Positions 47,201 through 57,184 of a stretch of 64,000 nt of DNA are shown here, one piece after another. The DNA is from Nitrospiraceae bacterium. Lineage in GTDB: Bacteria; Nitrospirota; Nitrospiria; Nitrospirales; Nitrospiraceae. The position numbers and the translations under genes were made by a program. The stretch is from NCBI GenBank assembly GCA_050246315.1, contig JBFWWG010000001.1, positions 192,001 to 256,000 of the forward strand. The letters are read 5' to 3'. The notes below the pieces were generated by a model. The model had not been told where the DNA came from, made no database searches, and worked only from the letters and a program-made list of their open reading frames with translations. Position 1 is the stretch's first letter; every line of letters begins with the position of its first letter.

Positions 47201-48463
47201 TCAGTCCTGTACCTCCCTCAACCGCCTCTGGAGAAAGCGCCGCTCCGGTTCTTGCTGAGTGAGAGCGAGGGCTCGTTCATAGGAAGCGCGGGCATCGACT
47301 GTTTTTCCCAACCGCCGGCAGAGATCCGCGCGCGCCGAGTGCGCCAGATGATAATTGACCAGATCGCCGCGCGCGAGGATGGCGTCGATAATGGCCAGGC
47401 CGGCCAATGGGCCGTCGCGCATCGCCACGGCAACCGCCCGGTTCAGCTCCACCACAGGGGAGGGATCGGCCTGCAGCATGACATCGTAAAGGCCGACGAT
47501 CTGGGCCCAGTCCGTCTCGGCGGCGCTGGGCGCCTGAGCGTGCAGTGCGGCGATCGCGGCTTGGATGGAGTACGCTCCGACTTGGCGCGACGCCAGCGCC
47601 CGTTCCACCAGCGAGATCCCTTCGGCGATCTGTTCTCGATTCCACAGAGCACGGTCCTGGTCCTCCAGCAAGACCAGGTCACCCGTCGGCGAGGTGCGCG
47701 CGTTGCGCCGCGAGTCTTGCAGCAGCATCAGAGCCAAGAGTCCCATCCCCTCCGGTTCGGGGAGCAACTGCATCAGCAATCGTCCCAGGCGGATCGCCTC
47801 GCCGGAAAGGTCGTGCCGCGTCACCGATGTGCCGGCGGACGCGCTATACCCCTCATTGAACACCAGGTACACAACCCGCAGCACCGCTTCCAGCCGATCC
47901 GGCAAATCGCGCTCCGACGGCACGACATAGGGAATGCGCGCATCGCGGATCTTCGCCTTGGCACGCACGATCCGCTGCGCGATCGTGGCCGGCTTTGTGA
48001 GAAAGGCACGGGCGATCTCTTCGGTGGTAAGACCGCAGACTTCCCGCAAGGTCATGGCCACTTGGGATTCCGGCGGCAAAGCCGGGTGGCAACAGGTGAA
48101 GATCAGCCGTAGCCGGTCGTCTTCGACGCTCTCGTCATCTCCCCCCTCGACTCCCTCGGCGTCACCGGTCTCGCATTCCAGTCGCTTGCCGAGTTCCGTC
48201 AGCGATGCGTCGAATCTGGCGCGCCGGCGCATGCCGTCGATGGCCTTGAAGCGGCCGGTCGAGACGAGCCAGGCCCGAGGATTGACCGGCACGCCGTTCC
48301 GCGTCCATTGTTCGACTGCGACGGCGAAGGCATCGTGCAACGCCTCCTCGGCAGCTTCAAAGTCGCCGAGCAGGCGGATCAGCGTGGCGAGCACCTGCCT
48401 CGATTCCGAGCGGTAGACGGCCTCCACCAACTCGCGCACCTCTGTGGTCCGGTCCTCGCTCAT
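47201..48463 (-). CDS. ECF sigma factor with a C-terminal TPR-like extension (ECF42 type)
   Basis: AEEALHDAF..W, DDRLRLIFTCCHPAL, TIAQRIVRAK, YLVFNEGY, LLEDQDRALW and PSPVVELNRAVA. Confidence 0.92.
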   Translation of the reverse strand: MSEDRTTEVRELVEAVYRSESRQVLATLIRLLGDFEAAEEALHDAFAVAVEQWTRNGVPVNPRAWLVSTGRFKAIDGMRRRARFDASLTELGKRLECETGDAEGVEGGDDESVEDDRLRLIFTCCHPALPPESQVAMTLREVCGLTTEEIARAFLTKPATIAQRIVRAKAKIRDARIPYVVPSERDLPDRLEAVLRVVYLVFNEGYSASAGTSVTRHDLSGEAIRLGRLLMQLLPEPEGMGLLALMLLQDSRRNARTSPTGDLVLLEDQDRALWNREQIAEGISLVERALASRQVGAYSIQAAIAALHAQAPSAAETDWAQIVGLYDVMLQADPSPVVELNRAVAVAMRDGPLAGLAIIDAILARGDLVNYHLAHSARADLCRRLGKTVDARASYERALALTQQEPERRFLQRRLREVQD

Positions 48464-49117
48464 CGCAATCCCTCGCGCTCATTCCCGTGCACCGCGACAG
48501 ATTTCCAGGCGATTCACGCCAGGGTCCTCGCAAAAGTCGGGGTAGTCGCTCGCATCTTGATCGAGCGGCCCTTCGCCATGGCGCGCAAGTCCCCAAGGCT
48601 GCGCGCTCGGAGTATCAGGTGCTCGGAATCCCGTGGCACCAGTGCAACGACGGCCTGATCACGAACGGATTGAGAGGGGTAGGCTACTGTGAGGGTTGTC
48701 CAGAGTCAACGAGCGGGAGACAGGGGGTGGGAACAGAAGGGGTGGCCTTCCCCCGTTTGCTCCCGTTTGCTCAATCGAACGGCGTGTCGAGCAACTGGCC
48801 TCGACGACATTCGAAATGCTTGGCCATGTCGGCAGGAATCGCTGCGAGCGTCCCAATGCGCAGTGGAGAATGTTCGGGATGGTCAGATGATGCTCACCGT
48901 GCCCGACGGTGGCGAGCCGAAGATGGCTGCCGGTTTGACGGGTGAGTGATCACCGCTTTTTGAAAGGTGCTGAGCTGAAACACCGTTCATTTGCAGCGAT
49001 AGAGCGGTCTCGAAGCCGATTCCCTGCGTGGTTCCGAACCTGCTTCACCTCGGAGGGATCCTTGTCATCCTGGATCTCGCCATGCTAAACAACACCATGT
49101 TTCGCCAGGTGACCTCA

Positions 49118-50497
49118 ATGGGATTCGTTACCATACTGGCGTCGCCCTCACGCCTTTCTTCCGGTTATCAAGCCCTGGTCAGAATCCTGATCACTGCTCC
49201 GCTCATCCTGTCCACCCTGACGATCTTGGTCGGGTGCAGTGGAGGGAATGATCAGCCAGGCACCGGCGCGAGTAGCAATACTTCCCAGGGACAACCGCCC
49301 GCCGGAGTGGCTGAAAGCCTTCCCCTGCTCAGCATCACGACAAACAGCGGAGCAGAGATTACGTCCAAGGAAGACTACGCGCCGGCGCAATACCGTCTGA
49401 CCAGTGAAACAGGTCAACTGCTCCAGAACGGCAATCTCGACATTCGCGGCAGAGGGAACTCCACTTGGGAGATGCCCAAAAAGCCATACCGCCTTCGACT
49501 CGCCAGCAGCACGCCGACCTTGGGCATGCCAGCGAATCGGCATTGGGTCCTCCTGGCTAATTATTCCGACAAGACCTTGATTCGGAATGATGTGGCATTT
49601 GAGCTCAGCCGGCGGGTCGGCATGGAATACACGCCCAGGAGTCGGTACGTCGAGTTGCAACTCAACGGTACGGACAGGGGGATCTACCAACTCACGGAAC
49701 ATATCCGGATTGATCCGAACCGCGTCAATATTCCGGAGCTCAAAATCGGAGATACATCGCCGGATCTCATCACGGGCGGATATCTGATCGAAATCGATTT
49801 TCGCCGCGGTGAAGATTACTGTTATGAATCGCCGCGAACGGGAATCATTTTTTGTCTCAGCAACCCCGAGACACTACTTGAGCCGGGATGGGAAAATCAG
49901 CGTGCCTATATTGAAGGGTACCTTGCGCAGACGGAAGACGCGATTTTCTCCGATCGATTTACCGATCCTGCGGTGGGCTATGCCGCCTACCTCGACGTTG
50001 ATTCCATGATCAATTTTTATTTGATCGCTGAATGGCTGAAGAACGTCGATTCTAATCTTGGGTCGAGCGTCTATCTGCACAAGAAGCGCAACGGGAAGCT
50101 GACGTTCGGGCCCATCTGGGATTTTGACCTTTCGATAGGGAACGTCGATTTCAAGGATGCGGATGGCTTGGATGCCGGTGCGACCGACGGTTGGTATGTG
50201 CGGTCTGCCTCCTGGTTCGCCAGACTGTTTCAAGATCCCGCCTTTGAGACGAAAGTGAAAGCCAAGTGGAATCAACTCAAGGCTTCCGGAGTTCTGGAAG
50301 ACATGTTTACCTATATTGACCAGCAGTCTCGCTTGCTGAGCAAGGTGCAGGTGAACAATTTCACAATCTGGGAGATTCTGGGGATCTATGTTTGGCCCAA
50401 TCGTGTGGTCACCGGTTCGTACGAGGGCGAGGTCGCGGCCATGAAGACCTGGCTGCGGGAGCGAACGAACTGGATGGATACCCAGTTAGGTCAGTAA
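49118..50497 (+). CDS. CotH kinase family lipoprotein (start codon uncertain)
   Basis: IRGRGNSTW..PKKPY, WVLLANYSDKTLIRN, GIYQLTE and GPIWDFDLSIGN; lipobox-like LVGC. Confidence 0.88.
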   Translation: MGFVTILASPSRLSSGYQALVRILITAPLILSTLTILVGCSGGNDQPGTGASSNTSQGQPPAGVAESLPLLSITTNSGAEITSKEDYAPAQYRLTSETGQLLQNGNLDIRGRGNSTWEMPKKPYRLRLASSTPTLGMPANRHWVLLANYSDKTLIRNDVAFELSRRVGMEYTPRSRYVELQLNGTDRGIYQLTEHIRIDPNRVNIPELKIGDTSPDLITGGYLIEIDFRRGEDYCYESPRTGIIFCLSNPETLLEPGWENQRAYIEGYLAQTEDAIFSDRFTDPAVGYAAYLDVDSMINFYLIAEWLKNVDSNLGSSVYLHKKRNGKLTFGPIWDFDLSIGNVDFKDADGLDAGATDGWYVRSASWFARLFQDPAFETKVKAKWNQLKASGVLEDMFTYIDQQSRLLSKVQVNNFTIWEILGIYVWPNRVVTGSYEGEVAAMKTWLRERTNWMDTQLGQ

Positions 50498-51106
50498 CTC
50501 CTCTTGGATTGAAGTCTTCCGGCGTTCTTGAGATATCGTCAGGTTCTCTCCTGATCCGTTTCGATCACCCCTCTGCGGGTCCTCTTCGCAGATCGATTCA
50601 CGGCCTCGTGAACAACAGACGGCATTGCGGCGCCTGATCGCCGATCCCTGCGGTGATCGCCGGCAATCAGAAAGCCTGGCGTCTGCGCGCGTATGCGACA
50701 CATCGGCACGGCAGGCGAGGTTGGTGCGAGATGTGGTCACGCAAGGTCCCGTATCTTGACCTAGGCATGGTGTCAGCGCACCCTTGGAGAATTTTCACAA
50801 GCAGCTTGACGTCACCAGGCGGCAGGCACGGCTGGACATCTTATTCAAATCATGCTAGGAACAACACCCCCTCTACGGAAAGTGAGGCGTTGGGGCGCCC
50901 GCGTGCCAGGCAAATTTGGTCTGCCCTTAGTTTAAGATTTTTGTGAGTTCCTCCCGCTCTGCGTTGAAATCGGGCGCTGTCCTGTGGGCGCGCTTTCATC
51001 CTACCTACCACCCTGGAACGATCACGTCCCCCAGACTTCCGCCTCTTCCGATGAAAGACCAAGGTAGGCTTCGACGGGCTCTCGAAAAGCGACAAGGAGA
51101 GGTTAC

Positions 51107-52189
51107 ATGGGCGGAAAAATCCCGCTTTGCCTTCTGATCGTTCTGGCCATGGCTGGATGCGGGAACATCGGGCCGAGCTCGATGAGTCGCGACCGCTTCG
51201 ATTATATGGAGACCGTGGCGGAGTCGTGGAAGAGCCAGATGTTGCAGAACCTGGTGAGACTCCGCTATGGCGACACCCCCGTCTTCCTTGAAGTCGGGCA
51301 GATTGTGGCGAACTATTCGTTCCAGCGCTCCCTCTCGGCCAATGCCGGACTTTCCAACAGCATTTACGTGCCGGGCCTCGTGAACGGTCAAGTCGGTATG
51401 GGAGCGCAGGGTGTTCTGACCGATACCCCCACCATCACTTATGCGCCGTTAGCCGGCGAGCGATTCGCTCGCTCGATGATGATGCCGCTACCGGTGTCGG
51501 CGATTCTGAACGTTCTGCAGAGTGGGTACCCTGCAGACTTTGTGTTCCGGCTTGGAGTGCAGTCGGTGAACGGGATCGACAATCGCCGTGCCCATCTCCA
51601 GCACGTACGGCCCGCCAACCCGGAGTTCTACTTCCTCATCCGTGAGCTCACTCGAATCCAGCTTGCAGGCGAAGCCGGTATTCGAAGACAGAAACTGGAC
51701 GGCGAAGAGAGCCTTAGCCTTATTTTCCGGCCCCATATTGATGCAGCCATTGCCGAGTCGATCCGTACGGTCAAGAAGCTGCTGGATTTGGATCCCACCG
51801 CTCATGAATTTCGCGTGAACTACGGTGTCCTGCCCGTCAACAACAAGGAGATCGCAATTCTGACCCGATCGATCCTCGAGATGCTCAAGGATCTCGCCTC
51901 GCGCATCGAGGTTCCGGAGGCGCACGTCAGGGATCACCGAGTCGGACCCACTCCAGAGCCGGATCAGGGACCCGACGGAGAGATCCTGGATTTGATTCGA
52001 ATCAAGCACTCGGTGGACCGCCCGGACGGCGCCTTCGTGACGACTCCCTATCAGAAGTACTGGTTTTCCATCGACAACCAAGATTTGCGCTCCAAGCGAC
52101 TATTCACATTTCTGATGTTCATATTCACATTCGTGGAAAAACACGGCGATGAAGCCGCCCCCATTTTGACGATCCCGGCAAGCAGATGA
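51107..52189 (+). CDS. Conserved-looking lipoprotein of unknown function
   Basis: Lipobox MAGC; NLVRLRYGDTPVFL and PTITYAPLAGE. SD AAGGAG. Confidence 0.75.
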   Translation: MGGKIPLCLLIVLAMAGCGNIGPSSMSRDRFDYMETVAESWKSQMLQNLVRLRYGDTPVFLEVGQIVANYSFQRSLSANAGLSNSIYVPGLVNGQVGMGAQGVLTDTPTITYAPLAGERFARSMMMPLPVSAILNVLQSGYPADFVFRLGVQSVNGIDNRRAHLQHVRPANPEFYFLIRELTRIQLAGEAGIRRQKLDGEESLSLIFRPHIDAAIAESIRTVKKLLDLDPTAHEFRVNYGVLPVNNKEIAILTRSILEMLKDLASRIEVPEAHVRDHRVGPTPEPDQGPDGEILDLIRIKHSVDRPDGAFVTTPYQKYWFSIDNQDLRSKRLFTFLMFIFTFVEKHGDEAAPILTIPASR

Positions 52190-53292
52190 GCCGGTTCGTA
52201 GAGAGGGTTCTCATGATCCGCAGTGGTACAGTCCTCGTGGTCATCGGAATGACTGTCGTGCTGTTTCTCGGAACCGGTCTGGTCGCACACCAGGCATGGG
52301 CTGACAGCCCTCTCCCGCTCAGGCTCGGGTATCAGTCGAGCTCTGCGGATAATTGGCTGTTGTTTACCGCAAGGGACCTGAAATTGTTCGATGGAGTGGG
52401 CGTGGCTCTTGAATTCGTACCGTTCGATGCGGGACCACCGATGATCGAAGCGACGAAGGGTAAAGCCATTGATATGGCCATTGTCAAGGCGATGCCTTTC
52501 CTGATCGGTCTCTCGGAAGGAGCGGACTGGGTGATGATCGGAATCCATTCCGAGGGCGCCTACAGCGAAGGCCTTGTTGCGAGAAAGGACAGCGGCATCC
52601 TTACGCCCGGTGATCTGGGAGGGAAGAGGATCGGCTATTACAAACACTCCAGCGCGCACTACGGTCTTGCAATGCTCTTGCGACAGTATGGCATCCCGCG
52701 CGACCAGGTGCATCTGGTCAATCTGTCACCTCCCGAACAATTAGCCGCGTTAGCAAACAACGAGATCGATGCGGCAATGGTGTGGGAGCCATGGATCCAG
52801 CGAATGGTTCACGACACGAACGCGAGAGCGATTGCCACTGAGGGAGACCTCGGTATCTACACGAACGTCGCCGGCATTGCGGTCAGACGCGAGTGGCTCC
52901 GACACAATCGGGAGACCGCGGTACGCTTCCTCCGGGCACTGATTATGGCCTACGACGCCCTGGAAAAGGATCATAGCGTCGCCGTTCACGAGATGGCGAG
53001 AGAAATCGGGGTCGAGGAAGAGTGGGTGGAGCAGATCTACCGGGATGCTCCTCCACCTCAGCTACACTTGTGGGCAGATTCCCGGTACGCTTATTCCCTG
53101 GTGAGAGGCGCGGCGTTCCACAGGAGGCTGGGGTATCTGGCAAAGTTCTTGTTCGATGAACAACTCCTTCCCAGGCAAGTGCCAACACTTGATGTCCTCG
53201 ATGCATCCGTCATCGTCGAAGCGCTGATGACATCGAAGCGCGATCACGCGGAGGAAAAACAGGACCATGCTGAAATCCCCGGCGCGCGGTGA
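52186..53292 (+). CDS. ABC-type substrate-binding protein (SsuA/NMT1/THI5-like)
   Basis: FDAGPPMIEA, DLGGKRIG and IDAAMVWEPW, with a signal peptide. Confidence 0.85.
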   Translation: MSRFVERVLMIRSGTVLVVIGMTVVLFLGTGLVAHQAWADSPLPLRLGYQSSSADNWLLFTARDLKLFDGVGVALEFVPFDAGPPMIEATKGKAIDMAIVKAMPFLIGLSEGADWVMIGIHSEGAYSEGLVARKDSGILTPGDLGGKRIGYYKHSSAHYGLAMLLRQYGIPRDQVHLVNLSPPEQLAALANNEIDAAMVWEPWIQRMVHDTNARAIATEGDLGIYTNVAGIAVRREWLRHNRETAVRFLRALIMAYDALEKDHSVAVHEMAREIGVEEEWVEQIYRDAPPPQLHLWADSRYAYSLVRGAAFHRRLGYLAKFLFDEQLLPRQVPTLDVLDASVIVEALMTSKRDHAEEKQDHAEIPGAR

Positions 53293-53487
53293 GGCGAACT
53301 TCGCGGACGGTCCGAACGATTCACCTCTCAACATCGTCCAGGCTGGCTCATGGCGAGTCTGAACCGAGGTCCATCCTGAACTGGGGTCAGGTCTTGCTCT
53401 GACGCATACAGGTTTAAGCCGAGACCAATGCGACTTTGACACGCCGGACCTAGCCCGCACTATTCATGACGGTTCGTCGCGTTCCAC

Positions 53488-53681
53488 CCGTTGCAGTGAG
53501 AGCGCAACGGGTACCCGGCAGTCGGGCGCGAGCCGGACGAGCAGAGCCGCGAGCGCCGGAAGCGTACTTGAAACAGTGCGTCGAATAGGAGAGCGGCGAG
53601 CCCAACCGCTTGCGCGCTCACAGCCGCGAAGGCTTGTCGTCGCAGCGAATCGGGATACCCATTGCTCTACTGTTGCAATGG
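53488..53681. repeat. ~190-bp palindromic MITE-like repeat
   Basis: Imperfect inverted repeats CCGTTGCA..GCAACGGGTACCCG / CGGGATACCCATTGC..TGCAATGG. Inner GCGTAC motif resembles the 125-bp family. Confidence 0.55.
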
Positions 53682-53905
53682 ACCTACGCACCAGAAGCGA
53701 TCATGAATCATGCGGGCTGGACGGGGAGGGTTTTTCATACGCATCCATGCCCTCACCAGGAGCAAGGGATCAGGATGAATGCCCTTCCGCCTCCTTCTGA
53801 TCGTGGGGGCTCTGCGAGGAAGAAGTATCGTCCGCCTGCTCCCGTCCACCCCTGCCAAGGCCGCGCATTGCGCGAGCATAAGAGATCAACAGGTCCCATT
53901 TCATT

Positions 53906-54550
53906 CTAATTGGAAATCACTCTGGGCGCCTGAAGCCGATCGAGGCAGTCCTGCCAGAGCGTGGCCGGGTCCCGCTCGAAGATGTCGAACGAACCAGGCG
54001 GCAGAGTCGCCCAAGCTCCCTGGAGCATTTCAAATGTCAGTTGCCCCGGCGCCCATCCGGCAGAGCCGGAAAATGCACGGAAGGCTTCGGTCGGTTTGGC
54101 TTGCGTGATGATGCGCTCTAGGACCGCTGCTGTCCCGCCCACATAGACGCCGTCGAAGACTGATCGTGCGCCGGATGGAGGCTCATGCACGCGGAACAGC
54201 AGGAGTAACCGGGTCGGCTCGACCGGCCCCCCTGTAAACAGCCGGTAGCCGGTCCCTTTGAGTGCGGTGACCTCTGGCAGCGCCTCCGACAGGAGGACGT
54301 TCGTGGCGCGATTCAGGATGAGCCCGAGGGTTCCCTCAGGTCCGTGTTCCACGATAAGGACAACGGTTTGGTGGAAGTTCGTATCGTTCAGCATCGGGCT
54401 GGCCACGAGCAACACGCCCTTTGCGACCGACGACGGAGAAAATTCGGTCCCCGCCAGGGCCGGACTCATTAGAAGGACGGTCACGAGCGCCGCAAGCAGG
54501 GCCCCCAAGGCAGCGACCCGTACAGCAGCGAAGATGAGACTACGTGACAT
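53906..54550 (-). CDS. YqgE/AlgH family protein with a signal-like N-terminus
   Basis: LLVASP..D.NF..TVVLIVEH..GTLGLILNR, GGPV and AGWAPGQL..E. Confidence 0.88.
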   Translation of the reverse strand: MSRSLIFAAVRVAALGALLAALVTVLLMSPALAGTEFSPSSVAKGVLLVASPMLNDTNFHQTVVLIVEHGPEGTLGLILNRATNVLLSEALPEVTALKGTGYRLFTGGPVEPTRLLLLFRVHEPPSGARSVFDGVYVGGTAAVLERIITQAKPTEAFRAFSGSAGWAPGQLTFEMLQGAWATLPPGSFDIFERDPATLWQDCLDRLQAPRVISN

Positions 54551-54615
54551 GCTGGTTTCAGCCGCTGGCATGAGAAGATGGCGACAGGCTACGACCCGCG
54601 GGCCGTTGTGTCAAC

Positions 54616-55182
54616 TCAGCGATGCAGCGAAGAGATTGCGGAGTCGCTCCTGGCGATGATGCCCGCATACAGTTGGAAGAGGCCGTTGCCGACCTGCTGT
54701 GCGTTACTGCGTCGCGTCGGAAGCTCCTCAACCACGCGATGGACCTCGTGCTCCCCTTGATTGCCAAACACCGCGCTGAATTCACGGATGGCCAATTCCG
54801 GCGAACGGCTCGCGGCCACCAGCACCCAACCATCATCGACATCGACGGTTACTCCGGCGCCGCACGCGGGGTCGGTCTCGATCCACGCGGCCATCGCATG
54901 GGCGGTGCGTTGAGCCCTCGCTGCAGGAGGCTTCGCGATCGAGGCGACCGGGATCGGCTGGTGCTTAGCCTCGTCGGAGACGACGGCGAGGGACGAACCC
55001 GACCACGCCAACAGCAGGTTGCAGACAAGACCGGCGATCACATCCTTTTGCGCCTCCTGCGGCCGATGGACCAGTGCCACGACCGCGACTGTACAGACAG
55101 CCAGCAGACCAAGTATCGGTCCCATGCTCCATGACGCGAAGACCCTGCGCCTCATGCGACTCTCCGAGCCCACCATGTCCAC
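54616..55182 (-). CDS. Hypothetical protein (doubtful, possibly decayed)
   Basis: ORF with hydrophobic N-terminal segments and no recognisable family. Confidence 0.3.
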   Translation of the reverse strand: MDMVGSESRMRRRVFASWSMGPILGLLAVCTVAVVALVHRPQEAQKDVIAGLVCNLLLAWSGSSLAVVSDEAKHQPIPVASIAKPPAARAQRTAHAMAAWIETDPACGAGVTVDVDDGWVLVAASRSPELAIREFSAVFGNQGEHEVHRVVEELPTRRSNAQQVGNGLFQLYAGIIARSDSAISSLHR

Positions 55183-55213
55183 CTCGATGAAGAACGTGCT
55201 GCTTCGTCGCCCA

Positions 55214-55417
55214 ATTGCCTACGTGGAGCGCGTAACGATGGAAATCGGACCCTTCGACATCGTCCTCAAAGTCCAAGGTCAAGGCCTCGTTGACCCGGAC
55301 CGACGCGAAATATCCATCCGATCCTTCATCCTTCCAACCGAATATATCCGCGAAGAGGCGGGCCGAGGCGTCCTTATCCCACGCCTACACGACCGTAGGA
55401 TTCAATGTGATGGTCAT
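55214..55417 (-). pseudogene. VOC family pseudogene
   Basis: MTITLNPTVV*AWDKDASARLFADIFG...FASVRVNEALTLDF...YALHV has an internal stop and is truncated at the 3' end. Confidence 0.65.
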
Positions 55418-55464
55418 CACCGATCTCTCTGCATCCGTGGTAAGCGCCGGCCTCGCTGCGACGG

Positions 55465-55872
55465 CTATCCGGTCTGCACCCGTGCCGGGTCCATCCAGAA
55501 CACTTCCCAGATATGACCGTCCGGGTCCTCAAAGCTGCGCGTGAACATGAAGCCATAGTCTTTGGGCGGGTGGGCGTCTTTCCCGCCGGCCTTGATGGCC
55601 TTGTCCACCAGTTCGTTCACCTTCGCCTTGCTCTCAACGGCAAGGGCGGTCAGCACTTCCGTCGTCCGATGAGCGTCGGCGATTTGCTTCTCGGTGAACT
55701 GCTTGATCTTGTCGTGGGTCAGCAACATGGCGTAGATCACGTCACTCATGACCATACAGGCCGCCGTCTTGTCCGTAAACTGCGGATTGAACGAGAACCC
55801 GACCGCCTTGAAAAACGCGATCGACTTGTCGAGGTCCTTCACGGGGAGATTGACGAAAATTTTGCTGACCAT
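55465..55872 (-). CDS. VOC/glyoxalase family protein
   Basis: KIFVNLPVKDL..S..FF...RSFEDPDGHIWE. Confidence 0.9.
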   Translation of the reverse strand: MVSKIFVNLPVKDLDKSIAFFKAVGFSFNPQFTDKTAACMVMSDVIYAMLLTHDKIKQFTEKQIADAHRTTEVLTALAVESKAKVNELVDKAIKAGGKDAHPPKDYGFMFTRSFEDPDGHIWEVFWMDPARVQTG

Positions 55873-55909
55873 GTTCACCTCCTCTTCCAGCGCGGAATGC
55901 ACGAAGATG

Positions 55910-56365
55910 CTAGTTCCAATTGTCAATCTTCAGGTCATCGGGGGCCGGTCTGCCCTTGCCGGCCTCGACGAACGACCGGAGGCTGAGGAGAAACGTGGCC
56001 CACTTCATGCTGCAATGGGCCATGAATTCCATGGCGTCGGGCCAATTCCGGTGGGCGAAGAGGACGATCGTATAGCTGCTTTCCTGGGCGAGGGAAAACT
56101 CCAACTCGGTTCCTACCCACTCATCGGGGCCGTCCTTGACTCGCCAACGCACAATTTTGTCGGGTGTCAATTCGATCACGTCCATGTCGAAAACCACGTG
56201 GCCCCCGCTTGGCGAGCGAAACCCGAAGGCAAGGGCGCCGCCGACTTTTGAATCTCCGGTCGTATCTTTCGTCCACCAACCGGACAGCCCTTGGATCGTG
56301 GAGAGCGCTCTAAACACTTGGTCAGGGGCAGCCTTGATTCCCACGCGATGCACAATCTCCGCCAT
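55910..56365 (-). CDS. SRPBCC/AHSA1 domain protein
   Basis: VFRALST..GLSGWW, GPDEWVGT and W..FL.SL...VE.G.G. Confidence 0.88.
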   Translation of the reverse strand: MAEIVHRVGIKAAPDQVFRALSTIQGLSGWWTKDTTGDSKVGGALAFGFRSPSGGHVVFDMDVIELTPDKIVRWRVKDGPDEWVGTELEFSLAQESSYTIVLFAHRNWPDAMEFMAHCSMKWATFLLSLRSFVEAGKGRPAPDDLKIDNWN

Positions 56366-56462
56366 GTCACACCTCCTCATGAGGAACCTTAAAGTAATCA
56401 AGCGAGCCGAGGACGCGCGTTCGATGAGTCCTAGCTGGCTCGGCTTCTGGTCCTAACCTTTA

Positions 56463-56489
56463 GTCGAAATGGAGACAGACAAATCGACA
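56463..56489 (-). promoter_or_regulatory. Putative ECF42-dependent promoter
   Basis: TGTCGA-N17-CGAC, about 98 bp upstream of the SRPBCC gene. Confidence 0.65.
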
Positions 56490-56618
56490 GCATCCTGAAG
56501 TGCAGGCTCCACCGACGACTGGGGCTGCGGCACCCTACGGGTCTGATCATGCGGACGGTTCCCATCGTCCCTTGTTGCCAAGCTCGAGGTGGCAGCACCG
56601 ACGTCGTGTGACTGTGTT

Positions 56619-57098
56619 CTACTCATCGCCCTGCGAGTTCATGAACGATTCGGCGCGTTTCGCCAGTTCGTCGGGCGGTACGTCCTCAACATGTGTCGCG
56701 AAGTGCCATTGGTGCCCGAAGGGATCTTGGAGGCTGCCGGCGCGATCGCCATAGAACTTGTTCTCAACCGGTCTGAGCACCGTCGCGCCAGCGGACACCG
56801 CTTGATTGATGAACGTGTCGACGTCTTGGACGTACACCAGGATGCTCACAGGCGTACCGCCGAACGACTGTGGACTCCGGCAATTCATGTCGGGAAATTC
56901 GTCGGCCAACATGATGATCGCGGCGCCGATCTTGATTTCCGCATGTCCCACCTTTCCATCCGGAGCCGCAACTCGTATGATCTCCGTGGCTCCGAAGGCC
57001 TTTTTATAAAATTCCAGAGCGCGTGCCGCGTCCTTGATGATGAGATAGGGCGTCGCGCCTTCATACCCAACCGGGATCGCATTCACCTTGCGTGACAT
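56619..57098 (-). CDS. VOC family (PhnB-like) protein
   Basis: TPYL...ALEFYKKAFGA...HAEIKIG...FYGDR...DPFGHQW. Confidence 0.9.
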   Translation of the reverse strand: MSRKVNAIPVGYEGATPYLIIKDAARALEFYKKAFGATEIIRVAAPDGKVGHAEIKIGAAIIMLADEFPDMNCRSPQSFGGTPVSILVYVQDVDTFINQAVSAGATVLRPVENKFYGDRAGSLQDPFGHQWHFATHVEDVPPDELAKRAESFMNSQGDE

Positions 57099-57184
57099 GG
57101 GCGACCTCCTTCATAGTCATGTCGAACGATCCTCACTCTGCCGTTGACGCGCCCTTACGCCTGAAGGGTGGAACGGCGACGTAG

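Noticed and set aside
50497..50545. Partial duplication of cotH 3' sequence (LKSSGVLE against LKASGVLE)
   Set aside because: Too short and too divergent to distinguish from chance
57121..57149. Additional ECF42 promoters (also at 48545-48566, upstream of the sigma gene)
   Set aside because: CGAC is present, but the -35 is degenerate and the spacing is 19 or 12 nt rather than 16-17
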